From Nitrospinaceae bacterium (GTDB lineage Bacteria > Nitrospinota > Nitrospinia > Nitrospinales > Nitrospinaceae), in the NCBI GenBank assembly GCA_965237905.1, contig OZ250172.1, positions 2,592,001 through 2,656,000 on the forward strand: DNA of 64,000 nucleotides. The letters are read 5' to 3'. Below are positions 19,519 through 29,329 of the stretch, piece by piece. Under the pieces are notes generated by a model. The model ran no database searches. It was given only the letters and a program-made list of their open reading frames with translations, and was not told the DNA's origin. Positions within the stretch are counted from its first letter, which is position 1; every line of letters starts with the position of its first letter. Made by a program: the position numbers and the translations under genes.

Positions 19519-19974
19519 TCAGAACCGAACAACCTTTGGGTGGACAAGGGTTTCGAAATCCTTGTACGCCAGTTTGACGATTTCGGAATGAGTTCCTGCG
19601 TTGAACCCGATTTTGTCGTCCCAGCTCAAAGCCTCCTCGACATAGACGTCCATGTCGTACAGATTACCGAAGGGCGGCATGGCGCCGACCTCGCAGTCAG
19701 GAAATTGATTTTTGAACTCCCGCTCTTTGGCCAGTTCCACATGGTTGGCCTTCGTGGCCCTTTTCAGCAGTTGAAAATCCACTTTATTGGGAGCGGGTAA
19801 AACCGCCATGGCCAGTTTGCCGTCCAGCTTGACCATCACCGTTTTCGCCAACAGCTTCCCGGAAATGTGTGCTTCCGCGGCAATTTCTCTAGCGGTGTAG
19901 GCGGGCGGGTGGCTGAGGGTGACGTATGGGACCTTGTGACTTTCCAGATATTCTTTGAGTTTGGTCGTAGGCAT
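19519..19974 (-). CDS. YbaK/EbsC aminoacyl-tRNA deacylase family protein
   Basis: HPPAYTA, LAKTVMV, CEVGAMPPFG, FNAGTH. Confidence 0.9.
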   Translation of the reverse strand: MPTTKLKEYLESHKVPYVTLSHPPAYTAREIAAEAHISGKLLAKTVMVKLDGKLAMAVLPAPNKVDFQLLKRATKANHVELAKEREFKNQFPDCEVGAMPPFGNLYDMDVYVEEALSWDDKIGFNAGTHSEIVKLAYKDFETLVHPKVVRF

Positions 19975-20061
19975 AACAACCCTCCCTTAAGGACAATTAT
20001 TCACCCCTAATATAGGCCCCGGCAGGAAAGGGCGCACCTGTTCAATTAGGGTGAAAAGGGA

Positions 20062-20370
20062 TCAGGAGAAAAGGGGATCGATCTTCTGCGCCATCTGGAC
20101 GTCGGCCAGGGTGACGCCGGAGGCAGTGTGGGTCCAGTACCGGACGGTGATGCGCCGGTAGTTGATGATGATGTCTGGATGGTGATTTTCCGCTTCCGCC
20201 GCCTCGGCCACCTTATGGACGAAGTCGATGCCGGCCATGAACGCCGGCGCATGATGTACGCGGTATATAAACGGGATGCCCTTTTCGCTCACGCCCTTCT
20301 TCCACTCCGGGGCCAACTCTTTTATTTTTTGATCGAGCTCCTGCTCGGTCAACGCTTTTTTTTCTACCAT
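20062..20370 (-). CDS. Pterin-4-alpha-carbinolamine dehydratase
   Basis: AEAENHHPDI, WTHTASGVTLADV. Confidence 0.88.
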   Translation of the reverse strand: MVEKKALTEQELDQKIKELAPEWKKGVSEKGIPFIYRVHHAPAFMAGIDFVHKVAEAAEAENHHPDIIINYRRITVRYWTHTASGVTLADVQMAQKIDPLFS

Positions 20371-20395
20371 ATTAAACCTCTATGAATCAAACCCC

Positions 20396-20443
20396 CCTCT
20401 CCCCTCATGGGGAGCACCCGTGGGGTGACGGGCAGGGTGAGGG
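20396..20443. repeat. REP-like repeat
   Basis: Matches 22-69. Confidence 0.75.
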
Positions 20444-20475
20444 GTGGTTTATTTTAACTTCCTTTTACTCATGGA

Positions 20476-20727
20476 TTAATGGTTTCCCAATAACTTCTCC
20501 AGTTTTTTATGCAGGGTGATGGGATGGACCTTGTACACAAAACTTTCCTCGCCGTTGATCAGGACGACAGGGATTTTTTCTTTATAGCGTTCGAACAGTT
20601 CGGGATCGGATTCGATATTGGTCATCTTTAATTCCGCTGGCATCTCAGTGATGACCTGTTCGATCACTTTCTTGGCGTCATCGCATAGACAGCAATCTTT
20701 TTTTGTCAAGATCTCGATTAGGATCAT
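20476..20727 (-). CDS. Glutaredoxin-like protein (DUF836)
   Basis: TKKDCCLCDDAK, YKEKIPVVLING. Confidence 0.85.
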   Translation of the reverse strand: MILIEILTKKDCCLCDDAKKVIEQVITEMPAELKMTNIESDPELFERYKEKIPVVLINGEESFVYKVHPITLHKKLEKLLGNH

Positions 20728-20747
20728 TAATTCCCTTGTCCATTTTT

Positions 20748-21006
20748 TTGTAGTTGTTCGATTTATCGGCGGAGAACCTCCGCGAGTAATTTTAAAAACT
20801 TCTGTCGGCGAAGATAACGATGTAATTCGCCAATCTGCCTGGGCCAAGCTGGATCCAGCGTCACGCGGGCGCCCCATGAATGAGGCAACTACAATATTTT
20901 GCCCCTTCACCCGGCCTCTCCCCCAAGGGGAGAGGAGATTTTTGGAATCCTGTTCATCCTGTGACCCTGTCTGCTTAAGGTTTTCTCTGCGTCCTCTGTG
21001 GTGAAA
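20748..21006. repeat. REPIN-like element with GTAG-type ends followed by further REP fragments
   Basis: TTGTAGTTG (20748) and CAACTACAA (20894) are inverted ends; then CCTCTCCCCC..GGGGAGAGG, ATCCTGTTCATCCTGT and CTCTGCGTCCTCTGTGGT. Confidence 0.65.
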
Positions 21007-21024
21007 TTATCCTGTCTTCCAGCC

Positions 21025-22038
21025 CTACATACTATGCGTCATAGTGGTGAACTTGCCCCACAGGATGAGCGCGACGGACAGCACGATACAAGCGACCAGC
21101 ACTGCGGTGGCGACCGGCCGTTTTTCCCAATGTGTTTCCGGTCCGCGGTCGATGAGTGGCACCGCCAGCAGAAAGAGGATGCACAACACAGGCGCCACCA
21201 CCAGAAACGGCACCCACACATTTTCCAGTGCGTACAACCAGACAAACTGCCACGGCGGTTTGGTGACCTCCAGTCCCGCCACCGGCGGGTCGCCGAGCGA
21301 CGGGGCGATCGTCAAGGCCAGCACGCAGATCAAAAGAAATATTCCGGCTCCCGCACGATTCAAATAAACCAGATGACGGCTGAAAGGAATTTTCTTTCCG
21401 CCTTCCGGCTGTTCCGGGAGCGGGGACAGCTGATGATATTTGATGTAAAACAGGTGCAGGCCGATCAACGGAATTGTGAGCAGGGGAAGCAGGGAGATGT
21501 GCCACATATAAATGCGGCTCAACAATGGCACGCCCTGCGCGAACTGTTCGGTGAGCGGTATACCAAAACTGCCCATGGCTTCTGCGACCCAGGTAAAATG
21601 CGCCAGCGCCTCGTACGCTTCCTGATCCCATTTCAACACCGTGCCGGTAAACAGCAGGCCAACCATCATCAACAGCAATCCCACACCGACGTACCAATTA
21701 ATCTCGCGCGGCGCCTTGTACGATCCCGTGAACGCTACCCGGATCATGTGAAGCAGGAGGGTGATGGTCAGCACGTCCCCCGACCAGAAATGAATGCCGC
21801 GCAGGAACCAGCCGAGCCATACCTGATCCACCAGGTAATGGATGCTGGGGTTGGCACGGTCGGGGTCGGGCACGTAAAACTGGGCCAAGAGGATTCCGCT
21901 CAACACGAGAAGCGAGAATGCGCTGAGCGTCATTCCACCGAGCGAGTATTTAAATGAATTGGCGTGCTCCGGAATTTCGTATTCGAGCACTTCGAATCCG
22001 AGCCGTTCCTTCAAGGTCTGGAGGGGGCCGTTGGGCAT
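21025..22038 (-). CDS. Cytochrome b (bc1/b6 family), stand-alone
   Basis: [15 protein letters not shown] and [12 protein letters not shown] heme-ligand pairs; [18 protein letters not shown] at the PEWY position. Confidence 0.88.
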   Translation of the reverse strand: MPNGPLQTLKERLGFEVLEYEIPEHANSFKYSLGGMTLSAFSLLVLSGILLAQFYVPDPDRANPSIHYLVDQVWLGWFLRGIHFWSGDVLTITLLLHMIRVAFTGSYKAPREINWYVGVGLLLMMVGLLFTGTVLKWDQEAYEALAHFTWVAEAMGSFGIPLTEQFAQGVPLLSRIYMWHISLLPLLTIPLIGLHLFYIKYHQLSPLPEQPEGGKKIPFSRHLVYLNRAGAGIFLLICVLALTIAPSLGDPPVAGLEVTKPPWQFVWLYALENVWVPFLVVAPVLCILFLLAVPLIDRGPETHWEKRPVATAVLVACIVLSVALILWGKFTTMTHSM

Positions 22039-22071
22039 AACAGCCTCGGTTGGTCCGGCCAGGGCCGGAGA

Positions 22072-22494
22072 TTATTCACACGGGCGTCTGAGAGTCAAAA
22101 ACCCGAACAGCGCACCTGATAACAGAGTCAATGCCGCCGCCCATCTGTATCCTTTTTGCGAGGTGGCAATCCATTTGTGTTCGGCGGGCTCCACATGTTT
22201 CATTTGCGGCATGTCGTGGCCTTCGTGTTCGGACATCTTTTGTTGCTGTTCTTCTCCCCATAGGGGACCGCCACCCGTCACTTCTTCTGTCTCGAAAGCG
22301 TCCATGGCATTGCCCATACCGTACTCGGCGCCTCCCGATTCAGTGGCTTCCATACCGAGGGTTGCCTCAGGCAGTTCCGGAAGCGTGGTTTTTTCTTTTG
22401 GCACCGGATCATGACTTCCGCCATGGGCCCAAAGCGATCCTGGAGCGCTGGAGATGAGCAAGGCGATCAGTAGAGTGGATACGAAAGTTTTCAT
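22072..22494 (-). CDS. Exported His/Met-rich membrane-anchored protein
   Basis: Signal peptide then AHGGSH; MSEHEGHDMPQMKH; C-terminal TM. Confidence 0.7.
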   Translation of the reverse strand: MKTFVSTLLIALLISSAPGSLWAHGGSHDPVPKEKTTLPELPEATLGMEATESGGAEYGMGNAMDAFETEEVTGGGPLWGEEQQQKMSEHEGHDMPQMKHVEPAEHKWIATSQKGYRWAAALTLLSGALFGFLTLRRPCE

Positions 22495-22495
22495 G

Positions 22496-23059
22496 TCAGG
22501 ATTGTTCCACCAGTTGTGCGAAGGCCGCCATGGCATCGTCCGTGGCCCAGTCCTTGGGACCGACGGCCTTGTGCACGATGATCCCATGTTTATTGACGAT
22601 AAAGGTTTCCGGCACCCCGGTGGTTTTATAATCTTTTTTGGCAACGCTGCTTTCCGGGTCCAGCAAAACGGGAAAAGTGAGCTTGTATTCGTCCATGAAC
22701 GGCTGAATCAGGCGCTGATCCTTGTCGATGCTGATGGTCAGCATTTCCAGGCCCCGGTCTTTAAACTGGTCATACACTTTTTGCATGGAGGGCATTTCCA
22801 CCTTGCAGGTGGCGCACCAGGTGGCCCAGAAATTGATGAACACCACTTTGCCGCGGTAGTCCTTGAGGTCGATCTTGCCACCGGAAAGGGAGGGCAGTTC
22901 AAAGCTGGGAGCGATGAAACTCTCCTGCGGATATTCCGTTTGAAACGGTTTCAATTCCTCTTTGTTGACGGATGCGATTAAAAAAGCAAACAGCGCGGTG
23001 AACAGAACCGCGTACGGGATGAATATATGAACGGGTTTTTTTTGTAGGGCTTGTTCCAT
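22496..23059 (-). CDS. TlpA/ResA thiol-disulfide oxidoreductase
   Basis: INFWATWCATCKVEMP, GVPETFIV. Confidence 0.9.
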   Translation of the reverse strand: MEQALQKKPVHIFIPYAVLFTALFAFLIASVNKEELKPFQTEYPQESFIAPSFELPSLSGGKIDLKDYRGKVVFINFWATWCATCKVEMPSMQKVYDQFKDRGLEMLTISIDKDQRLIQPFMDEYKLTFPVLLDPESSVAKKDYKTTGVPETFIVNKHGIIVHKAVGPKDWATDDAMAAFAQLVEQS

Positions 23060-23067
23060 AGGAATGA

Positions 23068-23553
23068 TTACAGTTGCCTTTTATAGGGGCGGTAGAATTT
23101 CTTATCTACGGCAACGACAATTTCATCGAGGCTTAGACCATCCTCATACAGCTCGTGGGCGTAGATTACTTCGTCCATGCAGGTTTCGCATTTGGATCCA
23201 TGCATACTGGTGAAGCAGGTCAACAGGGTTTTGTGGTTGTGGTTCTTTTTGCAGTAACAGTAACAAAACTGGCTGTCGATGACCTTGGGAATTTCCGCGG
23301 CGTATTTATAGGCCAGCGCGGTCTTGCCCGAGAACAGAGCGGGGCTCAGCACCGGCCGGTTTTCGATCAGTTGACCTTTTGCCGGAGCGGGATTGGAAGC
23401 TGTGGCACGTCCCGAGGGTTTGGTATAAACGTACACCCCGCTCAGCACCATTAAAATGACCGCGATAAACGCCGCAACGGTCCCAATGGTTTTCCGGTTG
23501 GTGGATTTTTGCCCGCCGGATTTCTTTTTCTTGTTGGGTTTTCGTTTACCCAT
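23068..23553 (-). CDS. PCYCGC-motif-like membrane-anchored protein
   Basis: FCYCYC..HKTLLTCF..HGSKCETC after an N-terminal TM. Confidence 0.75.
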   Translation of the reverse strand: MGKRKPNKKKKSGGQKSTNRKTIGTVAAFIAVILMVLSGVYVYTKPSGRATASNPAPAKGQLIENRPVLSPALFSGKTALAYKYAAEIPKVIDSQFCYCYCKKNHNHKTLLTCFTSMHGSKCETCMDEVIYAHELYEDGLSLDEIVVAVDKKFYRPYKRQL

Positions 23554-23627
23554 TTCAATCTCGCGTGTTCAGGTTGATAGAGTCATTATATCTGTTGCCC
23601 CCGACGCCATGCAAGGCCTGCTTTGGG

Positions 23628-24335
23628 TCACCGTTTGGGCGGGTACCAACGGCTCAGGGTGGCGGGGGAGAACCCTATCAGAAAAAGAGAGACGATGGCG
23701 ATATTTCTCAGGGTGGTGAATCCGATACCCTCGGCCAACCAACGGCGGGGGGAGGTGAATGTTTTTTCCTTGAGTAGAACCACCGGGCCCTTTTTTTTTA
23801 ATCGGAGGAAAAAGTCAAGGTCCTCACAGATCGGAAGAGGGGAAAACCCCTTGAGTTCATGGAACGTTTCCCTTCGCACGAAAATGCCCTGGTCGCCGTA
23901 TACCAGGTTCAGGTAACGGGATCGCCAATTCGCCCAGCGGGAAATCCTTTTGAGAGCGGGCAGGGGCGAATCGATTTGCAGACTGAATGCCCCGCCCAAA
24001 TAGGGTCCGCTGGCCATGGTTGCAATCATTTTCTGATAGCCCCGGGGGTCCACATGGCTGTCGGCATGCAGGAACAGAAGCAGATCCCCTTTGGCTTCTC
24101 CGGCGGCGGCGTTCATTTGTGCCGCCCGGCCGCGCGGACTCTGGATCACTGTGACCTCGCAACGGCGGCCAATAGCGGTGGTATCATCCTCGCTTCCGCC
24201 GTCTCCGACAATGGTTTCAAACGGTTGGTATTGTTTCAAGCGGGTCAGGGTTTCGAAAAGAACAGTCGATTCATTGTAAGTGGGAATGATGACCGATACC
24301 TTCAAAGGTGATTTTGTCTGTTCCGAGTTTATCAT
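23628..24335 (-). CDS. GT2 glycosyltransferase, TIGR04283-like
   Basis: VSVIIPTYNE, DGGSED, GRAAQMNAAA, LLFLHAD, YGDQGIF, TSPRRW. Confidence 0.85.
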   Translation of the reverse strand: MINSEQTKSPLKVSVIIPTYNESTVLFETLTRLKQYQPFETIVGDGGSEDDTTAIGRRCEVTVIQSPRGRAAQMNAAAGEAKGDLLLFLHADSHVDPRGYQKMIATMASGPYLGGAFSLQIDSPLPALKRISRWANWRSRYLNLVYGDQGIFVRRETFHELKGFSPLPICEDLDFFLRLKKKGPVVLLKEKTFTSPRRWLAEGIGFTTLRNIAIVSLFLIGFSPATLSRWYPPKR

Positions 24336-24566
24336 TTCCAGATGGGGGGATCTCCGCACTATTTGTGAGGCTGGTACACGCGCGGCCAGTAAATCATAAA
24401 AACCCTGATGATACAATGATATAGGGGCATGCGGCGGTTTTCCTGGCACTGAATTTTCACCGGGGCAGAAAGGGTTTAAGAAACCTTTCTTCCATAAAGG
24501 CTCTCTGGTTCTGTATTTCGCCGGGAAAATGTTATAAAATTACTCAAATATTTTGGTGACTTAGAT

Positions 24567-25346
24567 ATGCTGGCTCATTTTATCGATTCCAAACCATTCC
24601 AATGCGGGTACTTCAAGGACCGCAAATCCCTCTTCGAGGAGTATCTTTTAGAGGATATTTCCGAGGTGGAGTTTGAGTACCTGCTTGCCCACGGGATGCG
24701 GCATTTCGGGGAATATTATTTTCGCCCCCGGTGTCACAACTGCCACGACTGCGTGCCCATCCGGCTTCGAACCGACGACTATTACATGACCCGCAGTCAG
24801 AAGCGCGCGCTCCAAGCCTGCTCGCAAATAGAAATCCGTCTGGGCCAACCGCAATTTTCAAAGGAGAAATTCAAGCTGTACTTGGACCATAAAATGCGGT
24901 TTGTGTCTCTGCAGGATGATGTCGAGGACGAGGAGAATTTCCGCTTGTCTTTTTACGGGAAGACCCGGTTCGGGATGGAGTTCGAATATTTCCTGGACGG
25001 AAAATTGATTGGTGTCGCTCTGGCCGACGTCACGCGTAAAACCTTCTCCGCCATTTACACCTTTTATTCGATGAAGCATTCGCAGTTAAGCCTGGGTACG
25101 TTCAGCATCGTCAAGCAGATTCAGTTCTGCCAGAGCCGCGGTATTCCGTATTTTTATATGGGATATTTTATTGCGAAGAACAAGTCACTCGCCTACAAGG
25201 CCAACTTCCGGCCGAACGAGGTCTATATCAACCACGAATGGCGACCGTTCCGCAATGCGGAAGGGGACTCCCTGGTTGCGGAAGAGGGTCTACAGTGGGT
25301 CAACGCCGATACCCTCGTTAAAGCGACATCTACCCGCGAGTTTTAA
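24567..25346 (+). CDS. bpt: Arginyl/leucyl-tRNA-protein transferase (Bpt/ATE1-like)
   Basis: CGYF, FRPRCHNCHDCVPIR, SAIYTFY, SLGTFSI, YMGYFI, YKANFRP. Confidence 0.85.
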   Translation: MLAHFIDSKPFQCGYFKDRKSLFEEYLLEDISEVEFEYLLAHGMRHFGEYYFRPRCHNCHDCVPIRLRTDDYYMTRSQKRALQACSQIEIRLGQPQFSKEKFKLYLDHKMRFVSLQDDVEDEENFRLSFYGKTRFGMEFEYFLDGKLIGVALADVTRKTFSAIYTFYSMKHSQLSLGTFSIVKQIQFCQSRGIPYFYMGYFIAKNKSLAYKANFRPNEVYINHEWRPFRNAEGDSLVAEEGLQWVNADTLVKATSTREF

Positions 25347-25365
25347 AGCGCAGGAATTTCCCCGT

Positions 25366-26436
25366 TTATTTCCCGATTTCTCTTCGTTTAATGGCTTCCC
25401 GCACGATTAAATCTGCAATCCTTTGATTTCTATTGTTGATAGCCACATCCAGAGGTTTATCCCCTTTCGAATTTTGCAACTCCAGCTTGGCGCCTTTTCG
25501 AACCAGGGCACTAGCCGCCCCGACATTTCCCCTTTCGGCCGCCAAATGCAAAAGAGTGCCCTCAGGAATCTTTTGATCCACGTTCACCCCTTGGTCGGTA
25601 AGTTCCTGGATGACATGAAAGCGGTCGTTGTAGATCGCATAATAAAGAGGCGTCTTGCCTTTGGCATCCTTGCGGTTGGGAGTTGCCTTTTTTTCAAGGA
25701 GCAATCGAACGATATCGGGATAACCCTTTTCAGCTGCCAGATGGAGCGGAGTTGTGGCGGCTCCGGGTGGGCCATGCACCAGGACTTTTTTTTCGAGAAG
25801 CACTCTCACCACCTGAGTATGGCCGTCCATCACCGCTCCCACCAAAGGCGAAGGACCTATTTTGGGATTGACGTTGGCACCTTTGTTGACCAACAGCTCT
25901 ACCATTCTCGGAAGGTCATTTATGCTGGCCAGGTAAAGCGGCGTCCAGCCTTTTTTGTCTCTGGCGTCCACGGCGGCGCCTTTTGAAAGCAACAGCAGGG
26001 CGGACTCGTTTCTGGTCCCAAGAACCGCATAGTGTAGGGCAACGCGGCCGTTTTTGTCCTGGCTGTGGACACGGGCTCCTTTAGTGATCAGTAAATCCAT
26101 CATGGGTGTGTAGCCGGTTTCAGCGGCCAGATGCAGGGGACTTCGGCCTTCATTATCCCTGGATTCCACCCTTGCCCCTCTTTCAATGAGGGTTTGAGCG
26201 ACTTCCGTGTATCCGCTCTCTGCGGCGTAGTGCAGGGGGGTTTGACCGTTCTCATCCTTTTGATTGACGTCTGCGCCTTCATTCAGGTGGCGGCGCACTT
26301 CCTTGACATTTTTGTATTGGACGGCCTTTTCCAAAGAAGACGTTTTGATTAAGGAACAGGACGAAGCGAGAAATGCAAAAAGGATCAAAAAAGTAAAGCC
26401 GGGTCGAGCAAGAGGATATTTTTTCATTGGACTCAA
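25366..26436 (-). CDS. Ankyrin repeat protein, probable lipoprotein (copy 1)
   Basis: Multiple G.TPLH.AA repeats; LASSC lipobox-like. Confidence 0.9.
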   Translation of the reverse strand: MSPMKKYPLARPGFTFLILFAFLASSCSLIKTSSLEKAVQYKNVKEVRRHLNEGADVNQKDENGQTPLHYAAESGYTEVAQTLIERGARVESRDNEGRSPLHLAAETGYTPMMDLLITKGARVHSQDKNGRVALHYAVLGTRNESALLLLSKGAAVDARDKKGWTPLYLASINDLPRMVELLVNKGANVNPKIGPSPLVGAVMDGHTQVVRVLLEKKVLVHGPPGAATTPLHLAAEKGYPDIVRLLLEKKATPNRKDAKGKTPLYYAIYNDRFHVIQELTDQGVNVDQKIPEGTLLHLAAERGNVGAASALVRKGAKLELQNSKGDKPLDVAINNRNQRIADLIVREAIKRREIGK

Positions 26437-26463
26437 ACTCCCTTATAAGTTTTAAACTGGCTT

Positions 26464-26492
26464 AATCTAAAGGATAGAGAAATTATTGTCAA
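26464..26492 (-). promoter_or_regulatory. sigma70-like promoter of ankyrin copy 1
   Basis: TTGACA-17-TAGATT; upstream ACCTTCATTGACAA is shared with copy 2. Confidence 0.55.
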
Positions 26493-26617
26493 TGAAGGTT
26501 TGAAGGAGGGAAGTAATACAGGAAGTCGGATGTCTCAGTAGAGACAGGACCGCTCCGGCATTCTATTGAAAAAGCGGTCCGTTTCCGTGAGTTTCAATCA
26601 GTGGGGATGTAATTCTT

Positions 26618-27682
26618 TTAATTTCTAATTTTTTTTCGCTCGATCGCCGTTTCCGTGATTAAATTGGCAACCTTTTTATGGCCATGATTGATGGCGACCT
26701 CCAAAGGCGTGTCTCCCTGAGAATTTTGAGCATTCAGTACGGCACCCTTTTCAATCAATAGTTCGACCACGTCGGCATGCCCCTTTTCAGCTGCCAGGTG
26801 CAATAGGGTGGTGCCGTTAGGGATTGTTTGGGTGATATCCTCTCCATAGCTGATGAGCAATTTCACCATATCGTGGTGACCATGGTAGGTGGCGTAATAA
26901 ATCGGAGGTTTTCCCGAGCGGTCCTTGGTGTAGGGATCGGCTTGAAAATCGAGCAGGACCTCGGCGGACCGGGTAAAACCTTTTTCAGCGGCCATATGCA
27001 TGGGCGTTTTGGTGGCATTGGGTGAGCCCTGAACCGATGCTTTATGCTTCAAAAGTACCTCAACCACTTCACTGTGGTCATTCCAAACGGCTGCATTCAG
27101 AGGCGTGGGTCCGCTTGGGGGATTGACTTCGGCCCCTTTCTCGATCAACAGTTCTACATATTTCGGGAGGTCGTTCAGGCTGGCCAGGTAAAGCGGAGTC
27201 CATTTTTTCTGGTCCCTTATATCCACCATCGCCTTTTTTAAGGTAAGAATAAAAGCGATGTCGTATTCTTCATTAAGCACCGCATAATGCAAAGGACTCC
27301 CGCCGGCCTTATCCTGGCTGTTTAAATCGGCTCCCTTGTCAGTCAGATAGTCCACCATGGGGGCGTGTCCTTCCTGAACTGCGAGGTGCAGGGGCGTCCG
27401 GCCCTGATTGTCTTTGGCATTTACATTGGCGCTTTTTGCAATCAACATCCCCGCCACTTCTTTATATCCATCCTCGGCGGCGAGGTGCAAAGGAGTTTTA
27501 CCTTCCGCGTTTGCTTTGTTAACGTTGGCGCCTTGGTCCAAGTAGTTTTGAACCTTTTTGATGTCTTCGGATCTCACCGCGTTTTCCAGAGTGTCTGCTC
27601 GGAACAGAGCACAGCCGGAAGCAAACAATCCGAAAAGAACCAGAATGGTTAAGCCCGAATGGGTAAGGGAGGACTTATGCAT
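26618..27682 (-). CDS. Ankyrin repeat protein, probable lipoprotein (copy 2)
   Basis: Colinear paralog of 25366-26436; FASGC lipobox-like. Confidence 0.9.
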   Translation of the reverse strand: MHKSSLTHSGLTILVLFGLFASGCALFRADTLENAVRSEDIKKVQNYLDQGANVNKANAEGKTPLHLAAEDGYKEVAGMLIAKSANVNAKDNQGRTPLHLAVQEGHAPMVDYLTDKGADLNSQDKAGGSPLHYAVLNEEYDIAFILTLKKAMVDIRDQKKWTPLYLASLNDLPKYVELLIEKGAEVNPPSGPTPLNAAVWNDHSEVVEVLLKHKASVQGSPNATKTPMHMAAEKGFTRSAEVLLDFQADPYTKDRSGKPPIYYATYHGHHDMVKLLISYGEDITQTIPNGTTLLHLAAEKGHADVVELLIEKGAVLNAQNSQGDTPLEVAINHGHKKVANLITETAIERKKIRN

Positions 27683-27719
27683 GGTTTAGAAGCTCCTTTG
27701 TAAATTATTGTATTATAAT

Positions 27720-27748
27720 AAATTACTGGATTGAGGCGGGGTTGTCAA
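27720..27748 (-). promoter_or_regulatory. sigma70-like promoter of ankyrin copy 2
   Basis: TTGACA-17-TAATTT. Confidence 0.5.
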
Positions 27749-28014
27749 TGAAGGTATTGAAAAATGGGAGATTCTACGAATCCTGCCCATCCTAAATGGG
27801 ATTAATCAATGCTGGTACCTTCCGCCAAAGCCGCCTCATCTGCTAGTTTTAATGCCACAAAAAATTAAGTTTTATTTTGGTTGGAATTTAATTTCGATTG
27901 TTGAAAAGAGTTTAGTGCTTAAGTTATTAAACCACGGGTACGGAGTAAGAAGAGTTTGTTTTTTAAGCTTAATTTAGACTGGCATTTGTATGGACAAATG
28001 TCGCTGAGTCGATT

Positions 28015-28335
28015 ATGATGAATCTAGGAATAGATGGGTTTGATTGGGATTCTGGAAATTCCAAAAAAATTAAGAAGCATGGTGTGCTCCCGGAGGATAT
28101 CGAGGGTTTTTTTCAGCAAGACAGTATTTATGTAGCTCCGGATATCAAGCATTCTCAAAAGGAAGAGCGGTATTTGGCTGTGGGGTCTTCGCCCAAAGGA
28201 CAACCCATGGTGGTGGTTTTTACCTTCCGGGAAAACGAGGGGAAACGGTTGATTCGTCCCATCAGTGCCCGGTTCATGCATGACAAGGAAGCGAAACGAT
28301 ATGAAGAAGAAAATTCCAAAATTCAAAAGCGATAA
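28015..28335 (+). CDS. brnT: BrnT family toxin
   Basis: FDWDSGN..KHGV, HSQKEERY, VVFTFR, IRPISAR. Confidence 0.88.
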   Translation: MMNLGIDGFDWDSGNSKKIKKHGVLPEDIEGFFQQDSIYVAPDIKHSQKEERYLAVGSSPKGQPMVVVFTFRENEGKRLIRPISARFMHDKEAKRYEEENSKIQKR

Positions 28336-28552
28336 GGAAGCCGAGAAGTTTCTGGACCAGGATTTGACAGACTATCTTGATCTCAAAAACTTTCAAAGGG
28401 TGAGTTTTGAGTTTCAGCCCAAAACCAAAAAAATCAGTATCCGGGTTTCCGAGGAATTGCTGGAGGCCGTAAAGAAAAAGGCCAAGCGTCAAAAGATTTC
28501 CTACCAAAAATACATACGCAAAGCCGTGGAAGAATCCTTGGTGCCGAAATAG
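28301..28552 (+). CDS. BrnA/CopG-type antitoxin
   Basis: KIPKFKSDKEAEKF, KTKKISIRVSEELLEAVK..SYQKYIR; overlaps the toxin gene. Confidence 0.85.
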   Translation: MKKKIPKFKSDKEAEKFLDQDLTDYLDLKNFQRVSFEFQPKTKKISIRVSEELLEAVKKKAKRQKISYQKYIRKAVEESLVPK

Positions 28553-28651
28553 GGGGAATTAGCACCCAAAGGCTGTTTGATGATAGTCTTAACGGGTACC
28601 GCTGTTAGCGAATAGTATTATTAAATATAAAAAATACCAATTTTCTATTAA

Positions 28652-29329
28652 ATGGGAAAATCTCAATTGGAAGCTATTAATCCAGACTTTGAATGGTACG
28701 AATCTTTAAGTCAAAAGAAAGGTCTTCATCCACGGTGCCCTTTTGCTTCGGTAAACAAATGTCCAAGATATTTTGAAAGCCTTTCTCTTTTACAAGAAAC
28801 TGGAGCGACAGAATTAGATCCCGAAGAAGAGGAAAGGCTCCTCAATCATTGGAAAACTTCTGACCTTTGGCCCCGGTTGGGGGAACAAGCATCGAGTGTT
28901 TGGGGTGGGGAAGGAAATAAGCATATCTCGAATTTCTGTCCAGAAGTTTCCTTTTTAAGATTCAATCTATTTGCCTCAGACTTATACAGGTATTCGGATG
29001 AAATTGATTTGGGTGTAGCCCATTCTCGCCTCGGCGAAATTGGCGCTCCGATAACGGATTGGAGATGGGCCTGGGGACATGTTCGGCCCATGCATTATTC
29101 AGAATGCCCTCTTTATTCTCCCTTAGCCCACCAATCATCATTAGATGGAAGCTCGGAAGAACATAACGAAAATTCGGATATTATTCAGGGGAAACCGACT
29201 TATTTAGGGATGCAATTAAATTATCGTGTACTTTTGGGGCAAATTAAAAAATGGAAATGGGTAAGGAAGGTAAAAGAAAAAATTGAAAGTTGTTTGAATA
29301 AATTAAAAGAGAAACATCAGCAAAATTAA
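28652..29329 (+). CDS. Hypothetical protein (AT-rich, Cys-containing)
   Basis: 225 aa ORF with RCPFA, KCPRY, FCPE and ECPLY. Confidence 0.7.
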   Translation: MGKSQLEAINPDFEWYESLSQKKGLHPRCPFASVNKCPRYFESLSLLQETGATELDPEEEERLLNHWKTSDLWPRLGEQASSVWGGEGNKHISNFCPEVSFLRFNLFASDLYRYSDEIDLGVAHSRLGEIGAPITDWRWAWGHVRPMHYSECPLYSPLAHQSSLDGSSEEHNENSDIIQGKPTYLGMQLNYRVLLGQIKKWKWVRKVKEKIESCLNKLKEKHQQN

